From Bacteroidota bacterium (GTDB lineage: Bacteria; Bacteroidota; Ignavibacteria; Ignavibacteriales; Ignavibacteriaceae), in NCBI GenBank assembly GCA_024278655.1, contig JAJRSV010000394.1:1-30097 (forward strand): DNA of 30,097 nucleotides. The letters are read 5' to 3'. The notes beneath the pieces are model-generated. The model had not been told where the DNA came from. It ran no database searches and saw only the letters and a list, made by a program, of their open reading frames with translations. Positions 1-8,399 of this stretch are shown here, one piece after another; position 1 is the first letter of the stretch; each line of letters begins with the position of its first letter. A program made the translations under genes and the position numbers.

Positions 1-3000
1 CAATTATCGGGATGGAAGCTTACATTGTAAGGAAAGGCAACAGGTTCGAAAGGGGCGAAGCAAATGAATCGAACGGGAAAAAAGGAAAGAAAAATTATTC
101 TCACCTTATACTTCTTGCAAAGAACAAAGAGGGTTATAAAAACTTATCGAAGCTTTCAACTTTGGGGCATACCGAAGGGTTTTATTACAAACCGAGAATC
201 GATTGGGAACTGCTCGAAAAATATAACGAAGGATTAATTTGCACTTCGGCTTGTGTTGGTGGCGCGGTATCGTATCATCTTGTTGACGGCAATATCGATA
301 AAGCACGGGAAACAGCAAAGAAATTAAAAGATATTTTCGGTGATGATTTTTATCTCGAAATACAGGACCACGGTTTGGAGAAAGATAAAGCAGTGCTCGA
401 ATGGATGCCGAAGCTTTCGAAAGAACTGGGAATAAAATTAGTTGCTACAAACGATTGCCATTACATCGATAAAGACCATGCAATTCCGCACAACATTCTT
501 CTGCTTCTTTCTGATAAAAACGGAAGGGATTACAAGGATTTAAAGTATCAGACAGACCAGATTTATTTTAAATCTCCCGAAGAGATGATAGCGCTGTTCA
601 AAAATTATAAAGGCGCTATAGAAAACACTCTGGAAATTGATTCGAAGATAGATTTGAAGCTGGAGTTCGAAGGGCATTACTTCCCGCGGTTTCCGATTCC
701 CGAAGACTCGAAGGCAAAAACCCTTGAAGAGTATTTCGAGCTGCTTGCACGCGAAGGTTTGGAGAAAAGAAAACTCGATATTACAAACGAAGTTGAAGAA
801 CGGTTTAATTACGAGATTGAAACGATAAAGAAGATGGGCTTTGCCGGTTACTTTTTAATCGTGCAGGATTTTATTAACGCTGCAAAAAAGAATAACATAC
901 CCGTTGGACCCGGACGCGGAAGTGCTGCCGGTTCACTTGTGGCTTATGCACTCGGCATAACTAACATCAATCCTATTAAGTATAATCTTCTGTTCGAACG
1001 ATTCCTGAACCCCGAAAGGAAATCGATGCCCGATATCGATGTGGATTTTGCAGACGACCAGCGCGGCGATGTTATCGAATACGTTAAAGAAAAGTACGGC
1101 GAAAATTGCGTAAGCCAGATTATTACTTTTAACCGTCTTTCATCGAAGGCGGTTATAAGAGACGTTGCAAGAGTTCTGAAAATACCCATTCCTGTTGTTA
1201 ATAAAATTACAAAGTATATTCCTTCTAAATTCGGTAAAGTATATTCAATTGAGCAGGCATTGAAAGAAGTTCCGGAACTGAAATGGGTAAAAGAATCGAA
1301 GGAGCCGGATATACAAAACCTGATAAAGTTTGCTAAAGTGCTCGAAGGAATGAACCGTAATGCATCGAAGCACGCTGCAGGTGTTGTTATCACTCCCGAT
1401 GATGTAAGCAATTATGTTCCGCTTGCCAACGCGGTTTCGCAGCAGGATATTGTTACGCAGTTTAATATGAAGGAGATTGAAGGCGCAGGTCTGTTAAAGA
1501 TGGATTTCCTTGGTCTCCGCACACTTACAATTATCCGCGATACGCTTGAACTCATAAAGAAAAATCACAACAAAGAGATTGATATTGATGAAATTCCGCT
1601 CGATGACGAAGAGACGTACAAGCTTTTTTCGAAAGGACAAACCACAGGCGTCTTCCAGTTTGAATCGCCGCCGATGCGTGAATATTTAAAGAAGCTGAAA
1701 CCGACTACTCTGAACGACCTTGCTGCAATGAATGCGCTTTACCGCCCGGGTCCGATGGATTTTATCGATGAGTTTATCGACCGGAAATTCGGTAATAAAA
1801 AAGTTGAGTATCAGCATCCGCTGCTTGAAGAAATATTAAAAGAGACTTACGGCATTATTGTTTACCAGGAACAGGTGATTCAGATTGCAAACAAAATTGC
1901 CGGAATGAGTTTAGCCGAAGCTGATATACTCCGGAGGGCAATGGGCAAAAAAGATTTGCTTGCAATGAAGGAACAGAAGGTTAAGTTTATTGAAGGCGCT
2001 GTTAAAAACGGAATAAGCAAAAAGATTGCCGGGCAGATATTCGAAGCGATTGATAAATTTGCTAATTACGGATTCAATAAAAGTCATGCTGTTGCTTACA
2101 GTTACATAGCTTATCAAACGGCTTACCTTAAAGCGCATTATACTGCCGAGTTTCTTGCTGCAAACCTTACCAATGAGTTTGGGAACGCCGATAAAGTTAC
2201 AAAGTTCTTGGAAGATTGCCGTAAGCTTAAGATTGAAGTTCTTCCGCCCGATGTAAACAATCCTTCCGTTAAGTTCGATGTGCAAGGTGGTAAAATAAGG
2301 TTCGGTATGTCTGCAATTAAAAACGTAGGAAAGAATGCCGTTGAAGAAATTATAAAAGCGCGAAATAAACTGGGCAGGGATTTTAAAAGCATTTACGACT
2401 TTTGCATGAACGTGGATACCCGCGTCGTAAACAAGCGTGCACTCGAAGGATTGGTTGTTGCGGGCGCATTCGATTCGGTAAATCCGAACCGGGCTTCGTT
2501 GTTCGATGCAATTGAAGCAGCGTTAGAGTTTGGTCACAAAGTGCAGAATTCAAAGCTTACTGCAGCCGATAGTCTTTTCGGTGGTAGCGAAGAGATACAA
2601 ATTAAAGAACCCGAGCTTCCTTTAAGAGAACCGTGGAGCGAAAAAGAACGCCTTTCGCGCGAGCGCGAAGTGATGGGATTTTATGTTACCGGTCATCCGC
2701 TTCATAAGTACGAAGTTGAGTATAACTCATTTGCCGATTTTCATCTTGGTGAAACCGAAAACTTAAAAGAGCTTGTTAACATACGTGCGTGTGGAATTAT
2801 TACAGACTTAAGAACAAAGATAGACCGTTCCGGCAAAACAATGGCGTTCTTCACCATCGATGATTTTTCCGGCTCGTGCGAGTGCCTGATGTTTTCGAAA
2901 ATTTATGAAAACTACGGTGAACACCTGCGCGAAGAAGAGCCGGTTTTTATTTTAGGCGATATAGAAAGCAGCGGCGATACGGTTAAAATTCATGTTAATA

Positions 3001-3275
3001 AAGTTTTGCCGCTTGAGCACGCAAGAAACGAATTGGCGAAGAGTGTAAAGATTGTGATCGATAAAACTAACAGCACTCTCGAACAACTGGCGCAGTTAAA
3101 GCCGATACTTGAAAAGTATGAAGGCAAGCTTCCGGTATTTATTCATCTGAATAACAACGGTTCGAAAGGGAGTTTATTTTCATTAGAGAAATACCGGGTT
3201 GCCGTTTCGGAACAGTTCATAAACGAAGTGAAAAAACTGTTCGGTGAAGAGTCGCTAATCCTTAGCAGCAAGTAA
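1..3275 (+). CDS. dnaE: DNA polymerase III subunit alpha (5'-truncated; true start lies upstream of the window)
   Basis: The frame is open from the window edge (IIGMEAY, inside the PHP domain). Motifs: HLILLAKN, TNDCHY, GPGRGSAAGS, catalytic PDIDVDF and KMDFLGL, YGFNKSHA, and a C-terminal OB fold (FFTIDDFSGSCE). No intein is visible. Confidence 0.98.
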   Translation, partial: IIGMEAYIVRKGNRFERGEANESNGKKGKKNYSHLILLAKNKEGYKNLSKLSTLGHTEGFYYKPRIDWELLEKYNEGLICTSACVGGAVSYHLVDGNIDKARETAKKLKDIFGDDFYLEIQDHGLEKDKAVLEWMPKLSKELGIKLVATNDCHYIDKDHAIPHNILLLLSDKNGRDYKDLKYQTDQIYFKSPEEMIALFKNYKGAIENTLEIDSKIDLKLEFEGHYFPRFPIPEDSKAKTLEEYFELLAREGLEKRKLDITNEVEERFNYEIETIKKMGFAGYFLIVQDFINAAKKNNIPVGPGRGSAAGSLVAYALGITNINPIKYNLLFERFLNPERKSMPDIDVDFADDQRGDVIEYVKEKYGENCVSQIITFNRLSSKAVIRDVARVLKIPIPVVNKITKYIPSKFGKVYSIEQALKEVPELKWVKESKEPDIQNLIKFAKVLEGMNRNASKHAAGVVITPDDVSNYVPLANAVSQQDIVTQFNMKEIEGAGLLKMDFLGLRTLTIIRDTLELIKKNHNKEIDIDEIPLDDEETYKLFSKGQTTGVFQFESPPMREYLKKLKPTTLNDLAAMNALYRPGPMDFIDEFIDRKFGNKKVEYQHPLLEEILKETYGIIVYQEQVIQIANKIAGMSLAEADILRRAMGKKDLLAMKEQKVKFIEGAVKNGISKKIAGQIFEAIDKFANYGFNKSHAVAYSYIAYQTAYLKAHYTAEFLAANLTNEFGNADKVTKFLEDCRKLKIEVLPPDVNNPSVKFDVQGGKIRFGMSAIKNVGKNAVEEIIKARNKLGRDFKSIYDFCMNVDTRVVNKRALEGLVVAGAFDSVNPNRASLFDAIEAALEFGHKVQNSKLTAADSLFGGSEEIQIKEPELPLREPWSEKERLSREREVMGFYVTGHPLHKYEVEYNSFADFHLGETENLKELVNIRACGIITDLRTKIDRSGKTMAFFTIDDFSGSCECLMFSKIYENYGEHLREEEPVFILGDIESSGDTVKIHVNKVLPLEHARNELAKSVKIVIDKTNSTLEQLAQLKPILEKYEGKLPVFIHLNNNGSKGSLFSLEKYRVAVSEQFINEVKKLFGEESLILSSK

Positions 3276-3388
3276 AATGATTAAATACTCCTGTTTAATC
3301 AGGGAGTGCAACGGTTCAGATACCGGTTTAACGAGGTTGAATTTTTCTTTAAAACGGAAAATATTCATTTGTACCCACCGGCATTTGG

Positions 3389-3417
3389 TTGTTTAGGTTA
3401 TCCCTATTTTGTATTAT
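3389..3417 (+). promoter_or_regulatory. Candidate sigma70 promoter for the SDR-trxA-serA unit
   Basis: TTGTTT (3389-3394), 17-nt spacer, TATTAT (3412-3417), ~40 nt upstream of the ATG at 3459. Confidence 0.4.
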
Positions 3418-3458
3418 TGAACTCTCTAATAAAAATTACTTAGTTAAACACATTTTTT

Positions 3459-4274
3459 ATGAGTGATAACGAAAACAAAAATTATTGGGCGCTTATATTG
3501 GGTGCGTCATCGGGTTTTGGCGGTGCTACTGCTGTTAAACTTTCCGAAGACGGATACAATATAATCGGTATTCATCTCGACAGACAGGCAACAATCCCCA
3601 ATGTTGAAAAGATAATAAAGCAAATAAACGATAACGGACGGGAAGCATTGTTCTTTAACATAAATGCTGCCGATGAAATAAAGCGCAACGAAGTTGTGGC
3701 TGAACTAAAGGAAAAATTCAACGGTCAACCTGTAATTAAAGTTATAATGCATTCGCTTGCCTTTGGTACGCTCAAACCATTCGTAGGAAAAGAGAATGAG
3801 CGGATTACCAAAGCTCAGATGCAAATGACTTTAGACGTTATGGCGCATTCGCTTGTTTATTGGGTGCAGGAAATTCACGGTGCAAACCTGCTTACACGCA
3901 AAGGCAGAATATTTGCGATGACGAGTTCAGGAGGACATACATCAATTCCGTTTTATGGTGCGGTATCGGCTGCTAAAGCTGCTTTGGAATCGCACGTAAG
4001 ACAGTTGGCGGTAGAACTTGGACCGATGGAAGTTGGTGTTAATGCAATTATGGCAGGCGTTACCGATACACCCGCACTTCGGAAAATTCCGGGCAACGAA
4101 AACATGCTTAGAGTAGCGCTCGGTAAAAATCCGCATAACAGATTAACAACGCCGGAAGATATTGCCAAAGTAATTTCTTTGCTTTGCAGAGACGGGGGAG
4201 AATGGATAAGTGGAGGCATCATCAATGCAGACGGAGGAGAAGATATAGTTGGCTTTGCAATCCAGAAACAATAA
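3459..4274 (+). CDS. SDR-family oxidoreductase, FabL-like enoyl-[ACP] reductase
   Basis: Rossmann motif LGASSGFGG. Catalytic Y-x6-K (YGAVSAAK) is typical of ENRs rather than the classical SDR YxxxK. KAALE..RQLAVEL, VNAIMAGVTDTPAL and NADGG resemble B. subtilis FabL. Confidence 0.75.
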   Translation: MSDNENKNYWALILGASSGFGGATAVKLSEDGYNIIGIHLDRQATIPNVEKIIKQINDNGREALFFNINAADEIKRNEVVAELKEKFNGQPVIKVIMHSLAFGTLKPFVGKENERITKAQMQMTLDVMAHSLVYWVQEIHGANLLTRKGRIFAMTSSGGHTSIPFYGAVSAAKAALESHVRQLAVELGPMEVGVNAIMAGVTDTPALRKIPGNENMLRVALGKNPHNRLTTPEDIAKVISLLCRDGGEWISGGIINADGGEDIVGFAIQKQ

Positions 4275-4313
4275 AATTCATTTATCCGTAAAATCTTAAG
4301 TGAGGTACTAATT

Positions 4314-4634
4314 ATGGAACTAGTTACTATTACTGATGATAATTTCGAAGAGGAAGTTTTAAAATCCGACATACCTGTTATTATTGACTTTTGGGCAGTA
4401 TGGTGCGGTCCCTGCAGATTGATTGCTCCGATAATGGAAGAATTGGCTAAGGAATATGAAGGCAGGGTAAAAGTCGGTAAGTTAGATGTGGATTCGAATC
4501 AACAGACATCTATTAAGTACGGAGTAAGAAGCATTCCTACGTTACTTATTTTTAAAGACGGGAAAGTTGTCGATACTATTATTGGTGCCGTTCCGAAACA
4601 ACAGATAGTTGAAAAACTTAATGCGGTACTTTAA
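4314..4634 (+). CDS. trxA: Thioredoxin
   Basis: 106 aa with the WCGPC active site and the SIPT cis-Pro motif; GAGG SD upstream. Confidence 0.97.
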   Translation: MELVTITDDNFEEEVLKSDIPVIIDFWAVWCGPCRLIAPIMEELAKEYEGRVKVGKLDVDSNQQTSIKYGVRSIPTLLIFKDGKVVDTIIGAVPKQQIVEKLNAVL

Positions 4635-4656
4635 TCCTTCTAATAACAAATTTTAA

Positions 4657-6240
4657 ATGAAAAAAATATTTATTGCGGATTCCGTTTCCGAACAATGTGT
4701 TAAGGAACTGGAATCCGCCGGATATAAAGTTAACTACTCTACAAATCTCTCACCCGAAGAACTCAAATCGGAAATAAAAGATTATAATGCACTTGTTGTA
4801 CGAAGTGCTACAAAAGTTACCGCCGATTTAATAAGTGCGATGAACAATATGGAAGTAATCGGCAGGGCAGGAACCGGGGTTGACAATATAGACCTTGATG
4901 CCGCTACACGTAAAGGTATTTTGGTATTGAACACACCGGGCGGTAATACAATTTCGGCTGCAGAGCATACAATTGCAATGATTCTTTCGATGTGTCGCAA
5001 CATTCCGCAGGCAAACAAATCGCTTAGTGACGGCAAGTGGGAAAGAAAGAAATTCAAAGGTACCGAGCTTAAAGAAAAAACTCTCGGGCTGGTGGGTTTC
5101 GGAAGAATTGGAAGGGAGGTTGCAAAGCGGGCTTTATCTTTCGATATGAATGTTATAGCATTCGATCCGATAGTATCGGAAGACGTTGCTGAGAAATTAA
5201 ATGTAAAGTTGGTTTCGCTCGATGATATTTTCTCTCAGTCCGATATTATTTCGCTTCACATACCGCTTACTGATGCCACGAAAAATCTGATAAATAAAGA
5301 AACGATTTATAAATGTAAAAAAGGCGTGCGGATAGTTAACTGTGCCCGCGGCGGTTTGATTGATGAAGATGCACTTGTAAAAGCAATAGACGAAGGACAG
5401 GTATCGTCAGCGGCTATTGATGTCTTTAAAGATGAACCTCCTCCGGAAGAGAGTCCTGTTTTAAGCAACGAAAAAATTGTATGCACACCACACCTCGGCG
5501 CTTCAACATCCGAAGCACAGGAAAAAGTTGCCATCCAAATTGCAAGACAGATTATCGATTATTTTGAGAATAATAAAATCCAGGGCGCTGTAAACGCACC
5601 TGCCGCTAAAACCGAAGTTCCCGAAAAAATATTTCCGTTCATAAAACTTTCGGAAGTGATAGGCAAACTTCACAGCCAGCTTCTTTCGGAAAGAATTAAA
5701 GAAATTGAAATTAAATTTTTAGGTGAAGAACTACACGAAGCGGCGGACCTGTTAACAGCTTCGTTACTGAAAGGTTTATTGACCGGAAGAAAGGAACAAT
5801 CGGTTAATTTAATAAATGCACCTGTATTGGCTAAAGATGACGGAATAATTGTCAATCAGATAAAATCGGAAGAGAGCCGTGCTTACCTGAATTTAATATC
5901 TGCAGAGATAAAATTTGCAGGTTCGGGCAGGGTTATAGAAGGCACGGTAGTGGGCAAAAATGAGCTGCGGATTGTAAATATTGACGGCTTCCAGGTTGAA
6001 TTCAATCCCGAAGGAAGCATTGTCATTTATTATAATATCGACAAGCCGGGTGTATTAGCTAACTTCAGCAAGGTGTTAGCCGATTCTAAAGTGAACATTG
6101 CAGGTGTATCGTTAGGCAGAATTGAAGAGCGAAACGAAGCTTTAACCGTGGTTAAGGTTGACGGACAAATAAATAAAAATCTTCTAAAGCACTTGCAAAC
6201 GATAGAAGGTATAAATTATATTTATTCGGTCGATATTTAG
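4657..6240 (+). CDS. serA: D-3-phosphoglycerate dehydrogenase (long form with ASB and ACT domains)
   Basis: RAGTGVDNID, NTPGGNTISAAEH, GFGRIG, NCARGG and catalytic PHLGAST; C-terminal ACT domain (DKPGVL...VNIAG). Confidence 0.96.
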   Translation: MKKIFIADSVSEQCVKELESAGYKVNYSTNLSPEELKSEIKDYNALVVRSATKVTADLISAMNNMEVIGRAGTGVDNIDLDAATRKGILVLNTPGGNTISAAEHTIAMILSMCRNIPQANKSLSDGKWERKKFKGTELKEKTLGLVGFGRIGREVAKRALSFDMNVIAFDPIVSEDVAEKLNVKLVSLDDIFSQSDIISLHIPLTDATKNLINKETIYKCKKGVRIVNCARGGLIDEDALVKAIDEGQVSSAAIDVFKDEPPPEESPVLSNEKIVCTPHLGASTSEAQEKVAIQIARQIIDYFENNKIQGAVNAPAAKTEVPEKIFPFIKLSEVIGKLHSQLLSERIKEIEIKFLGEELHEAADLLTASLLKGLLTGRKEQSVNLINAPVLAKDDGIIVNQIKSEESRAYLNLISAEIKFAGSGRVIEGTVVGKNELRIVNIDGFQVEFNPEGSIVIYYNIDKPGVLANFSKVLADSKVNIAGVSLGRIEERNEALTVVKVDGQINKNLLKHLQTIEGINYIYSVDI

Positions 6241-6262
6241 TTTTAACGGAAAAATAGGTCTC

Positions 6263-6291
6263 TTGACATTTTTCGGGAAAAATCTTATTTC
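6263..6291 (+). promoter_or_regulatory. Candidate upstream sigma70 promoter P1 with an overlapping palindrome
   Basis: Perfect TTGACA (6263-6268), 17-nt spacer, weak -10 TATTTC (6286-6291). The spacer carries the inverted repeat ATTTTTC-GG-GAAAAAT (6268-6283). Confidence 0.4.
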
Positions 6292-6320
6292 ACTACTGGA
6301 AATATTGGATTTTAAAACAC

Positions 6321-6349
6321 TTGACATAAAATTGTGCTTGTGTTATTTT
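6321..6349 (+). promoter_or_regulatory. Strong sigma70 promoter P2 for the T9SS/TBDT locus
   Basis: TTGACA (6321-6326), 17-nt spacer, TATTTT (6344-6349) preceded by an extended -10 TG (6341-6342). SD AAGGAG lies before the ATG at 6430. Confidence 0.7.
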
Positions 6350-6429
6350 GGTTTCACAAATAATTGAAACATTACGTTTGAAAAAACTTAATAATCAATC
6401 ATAATTTCTCACAAATAAAGGAGAGCGCT

Positions 6430-8274
6430 ATGACCAGAAGATTTCCTATCTATATGATCTTATTGGTTTTCCTAACATCTTTTTCATTACTCTTTGCACA
6501 GAGTAAAAATGTTAAAGATTTAAGAATGCAATTACCAAATCCAGACTTTCATGCCCCAACCGTTGAAGGTTCAACTGTTGATGCACCTACAGGTGGCGGC
6601 GATGCTATGGTTTGGACAGGTTATGATTATGAAACAAACAATGCAACCAGAAGAATGTTAGATCTCGTTGATCTTGATGGTGACGGAACACCCGATCCAA
6701 TTATGGTTGCTATGAAAAGAGATGTTGAAGGCAGCACCAGACACGTTGTGTTCGGTTACAAAGCTTTTGGCGTCGTCGATACTGTAAACGCATTTGACGA
6801 TGCTCTTACTCCGGTTGGCTGGGGCGAAATTCAGTTTTGCGTTGGCGGTCCGATGGACGGCGAGGCTTTAGTAATGGCTCACGTTGGCGGTACTGCTCAT
6901 CATTCATGGATTGATCTTGTTAATTTAACACCAGTCCTTCCTTTTCCAACTGCTACATTCGGCGGCAATTGGCCATCATTTGTTTATTTAGGTTCGCAGG
7001 ATGGAACCATTATCGGTATTACAACCGATATGACATTCTACATTTCGGATGACGGCGGTGCTACATTTAATGCAGCATTCAATATTGGCGACGGCGATCC
7101 TAATGTTGATTTCGCACTTGCTTCGGATACACCGGCAGAAAATCCGTTAAGAAAATCGTATGATGATAATGTTATCGCAACTTTAGGGTGCTTCGCTGGT
7201 GTTGGAGTTAGCGGAAATCCTGATGTTGTATACTGGTATGGTTCAACCGATGGTGGTGCTACCTGGTTTGGCGATATCATCGGTGTTGGTTCCGCAGATT
7301 TCCCGGAATATGGTCAGGTTGTTAACAGAGACTATGCTCCATACTTCAATAACTTCGATCAGGTTGGCTATGATATAGATCCAACAGGTGTTACTCACGT
7401 AATGGTTAACGGTTACGGCGAAGGACTCTATATGGGCGGTGCTGATACAGTTAATGTTTATCCGATGCTTTACTGGAATAGCAACCATCGCCAGTGGATG
7501 GCTGTAACAGACGAAGCTATGGAAGCTCCTGATGATGGCTTCGGTAATACTATAGCTGATAATTATCCCGGAAACGGTATTGGTAATGCCTATGGTACAG
7601 TAGCTACAAGTTGGGACGGCCAGGTTGTATTTGTAATGTGGCAAGGTCCTGAGTGGACAGGCGAAATTGGTAACAGTGCTTACAATATTTACCCTGGAGA
7701 CGGTGGAGCTAACACCGGTCCTTCTTACTATACCGACATTTACTATCGTGCTTCTGAAGACGGCGGTGCTACCTGGGGTCCTGTTGGTATAATTGAAGGC
7801 GATGCTGGTGTTCAGGAATCTTACCCTGTTCTCGCTGCCGATCTTGAAGTTGTTGGCGACCAGGCAACTGCTCATTATATCTATTACATCGATCCCATTC
7901 CGGGAACAAGCTTGTTTGCCGGTGGTAACGGATTCGATCCTAACGGTGTTTGGATGTATAACACTTACACCTGGACACTTGCAACATCGGTTGACGATGA
8001 TGTAGTAGTTGATAAGTTCGAATTAGAACAGAATTATCCGAACCCGTTCAACCCAGCAACAACAATTAAGTATACACTTGCTGAACAAAGCAATGTGACA
8101 CTTAAAGTTTACGATATGTTAGGTAATGAAGTTGCAACACTTGTTAACGCTACCCAGCAGGCTGGTTCACATCAGGTTAATTTTGATGCTTCTAATCTTG
8201 CATCAGGATTGTACCTGTATACAATTAAAGCCGGAAACTTTACTTCAACTAAGAAAATGATGTTGTTGAAATAA
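6430..8274 (+). CDS. Secreted Asp-box (BNR) repeat, probable beta-propeller protein with a T9SS type A C-terminal sorting domain
   Basis: SPI signal peptide (...SLLFA|QSK), DLDGDGTPD loop and three SxDGGAT(W/F) Asp-boxes. Canonical CTD: FELEQNYPNPFNPATTIKY...LASGLYLYTIKAGNFTSTKKMMLLK. Confidence 0.85.
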   Translation: MTRRFPIYMILLVFLTSFSLLFAQSKNVKDLRMQLPNPDFHAPTVEGSTVDAPTGGGDAMVWTGYDYETNNATRRMLDLVDLDGDGTPDPIMVAMKRDVEGSTRHVVFGYKAFGVVDTVNAFDDALTPVGWGEIQFCVGGPMDGEALVMAHVGGTAHHSWIDLVNLTPVLPFPTATFGGNWPSFVYLGSQDGTIIGITTDMTFYISDDGGATFNAAFNIGDGDPNVDFALASDTPAENPLRKSYDDNVIATLGCFAGVGVSGNPDVVYWYGSTDGGATWFGDIIGVGSADFPEYGQVVNRDYAPYFNNFDQVGYDIDPTGVTHVMVNGYGEGLYMGGADTVNVYPMLYWNSNHRQWMAVTDEAMEAPDDGFGNTIADNYPGNGIGNAYGTVATSWDGQVVFVMWQGPEWTGEIGNSAYNIYPGDGGANTGPSYYTDIYYRASEDGGATWGPVGIIEGDAGVQESYPVLAADLEVVGDQATAHYIYYIDPIPGTSLFAGGNGFDPNGVWMYNTYTWTLATSVDDDVVVDKFELEQNYPNPFNPATTIKYTLAEQSNVTLKVYDMLGNEVATLVNATQQAGSHQVNFDASNLASGLYLYTIKAGNFTSTKKMMLLK

Positions 8275-8291
8275 TACGGTAATTTAGCAAT

Positions 8292-8345
8292 AACGGGTGG
8301 GTTACCAATAAATATATACGTTGGTTAATTCGCCCGTTTTTTTTT
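8292..8345 (+). terminator. Intrinsic terminator-like hairpin after the Asp-box gene
   Basis: AACGGGTGGGTTACCAA-12 nt-TTGGTTAATTCGCCCGTT, a long stem with G-U pairs and one bulge, followed by a T9 tract ending at 8345. Confidence 0.75.
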
Positions 8346-8399
8346 GATTATATTTTGATTCTTTTATGAAACATTTTTCAAAAACTTCGTGGAGAAGAG

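Noticed and set aside
12-3275. Intein or frameshift in dnaE
   Set aside because: The frame is continuous, of normal length, and has no intein-like insertion at the visible motifs.
3287-3307. ACTCCTG...CAGGGAGT hairpin after dnaE as a terminator or ncRNA
   Set aside because: It is a short bulged stem with no U-tract, and I see no tRNA or riboswitch hallmark in the 183-bp spacer.
6338-6359. TTGTG...CACAA inverted repeat as a Rex or CRP site
   Set aside because: The spacing (N12) does not fit Rex (TTGTG-N8-CACAA) or CRP (TGTGA-N6-TCACA).
7243-7875. 210-aa antisense ORF inside the Asp-box gene
   Set aside because: It has no recognisable motif or RBS. The strongly biased GGT/GCT/GTT/ACT codons of the sense gene make stop-free antisense frames likely.
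6430-8274. Calling the Asp-box protein a sialidase
   Set aside because: There is no F/Y-R-I-P motif, and only four Arg lie in the passenger core. Asp-boxes alone do not define GH33.
8337-8345. T9 homopolymer as a contingency tract
   Set aside because: It is fully explained as the U-tract of the hairpin terminator and is not within a CDS or a recognised promoter spacer.
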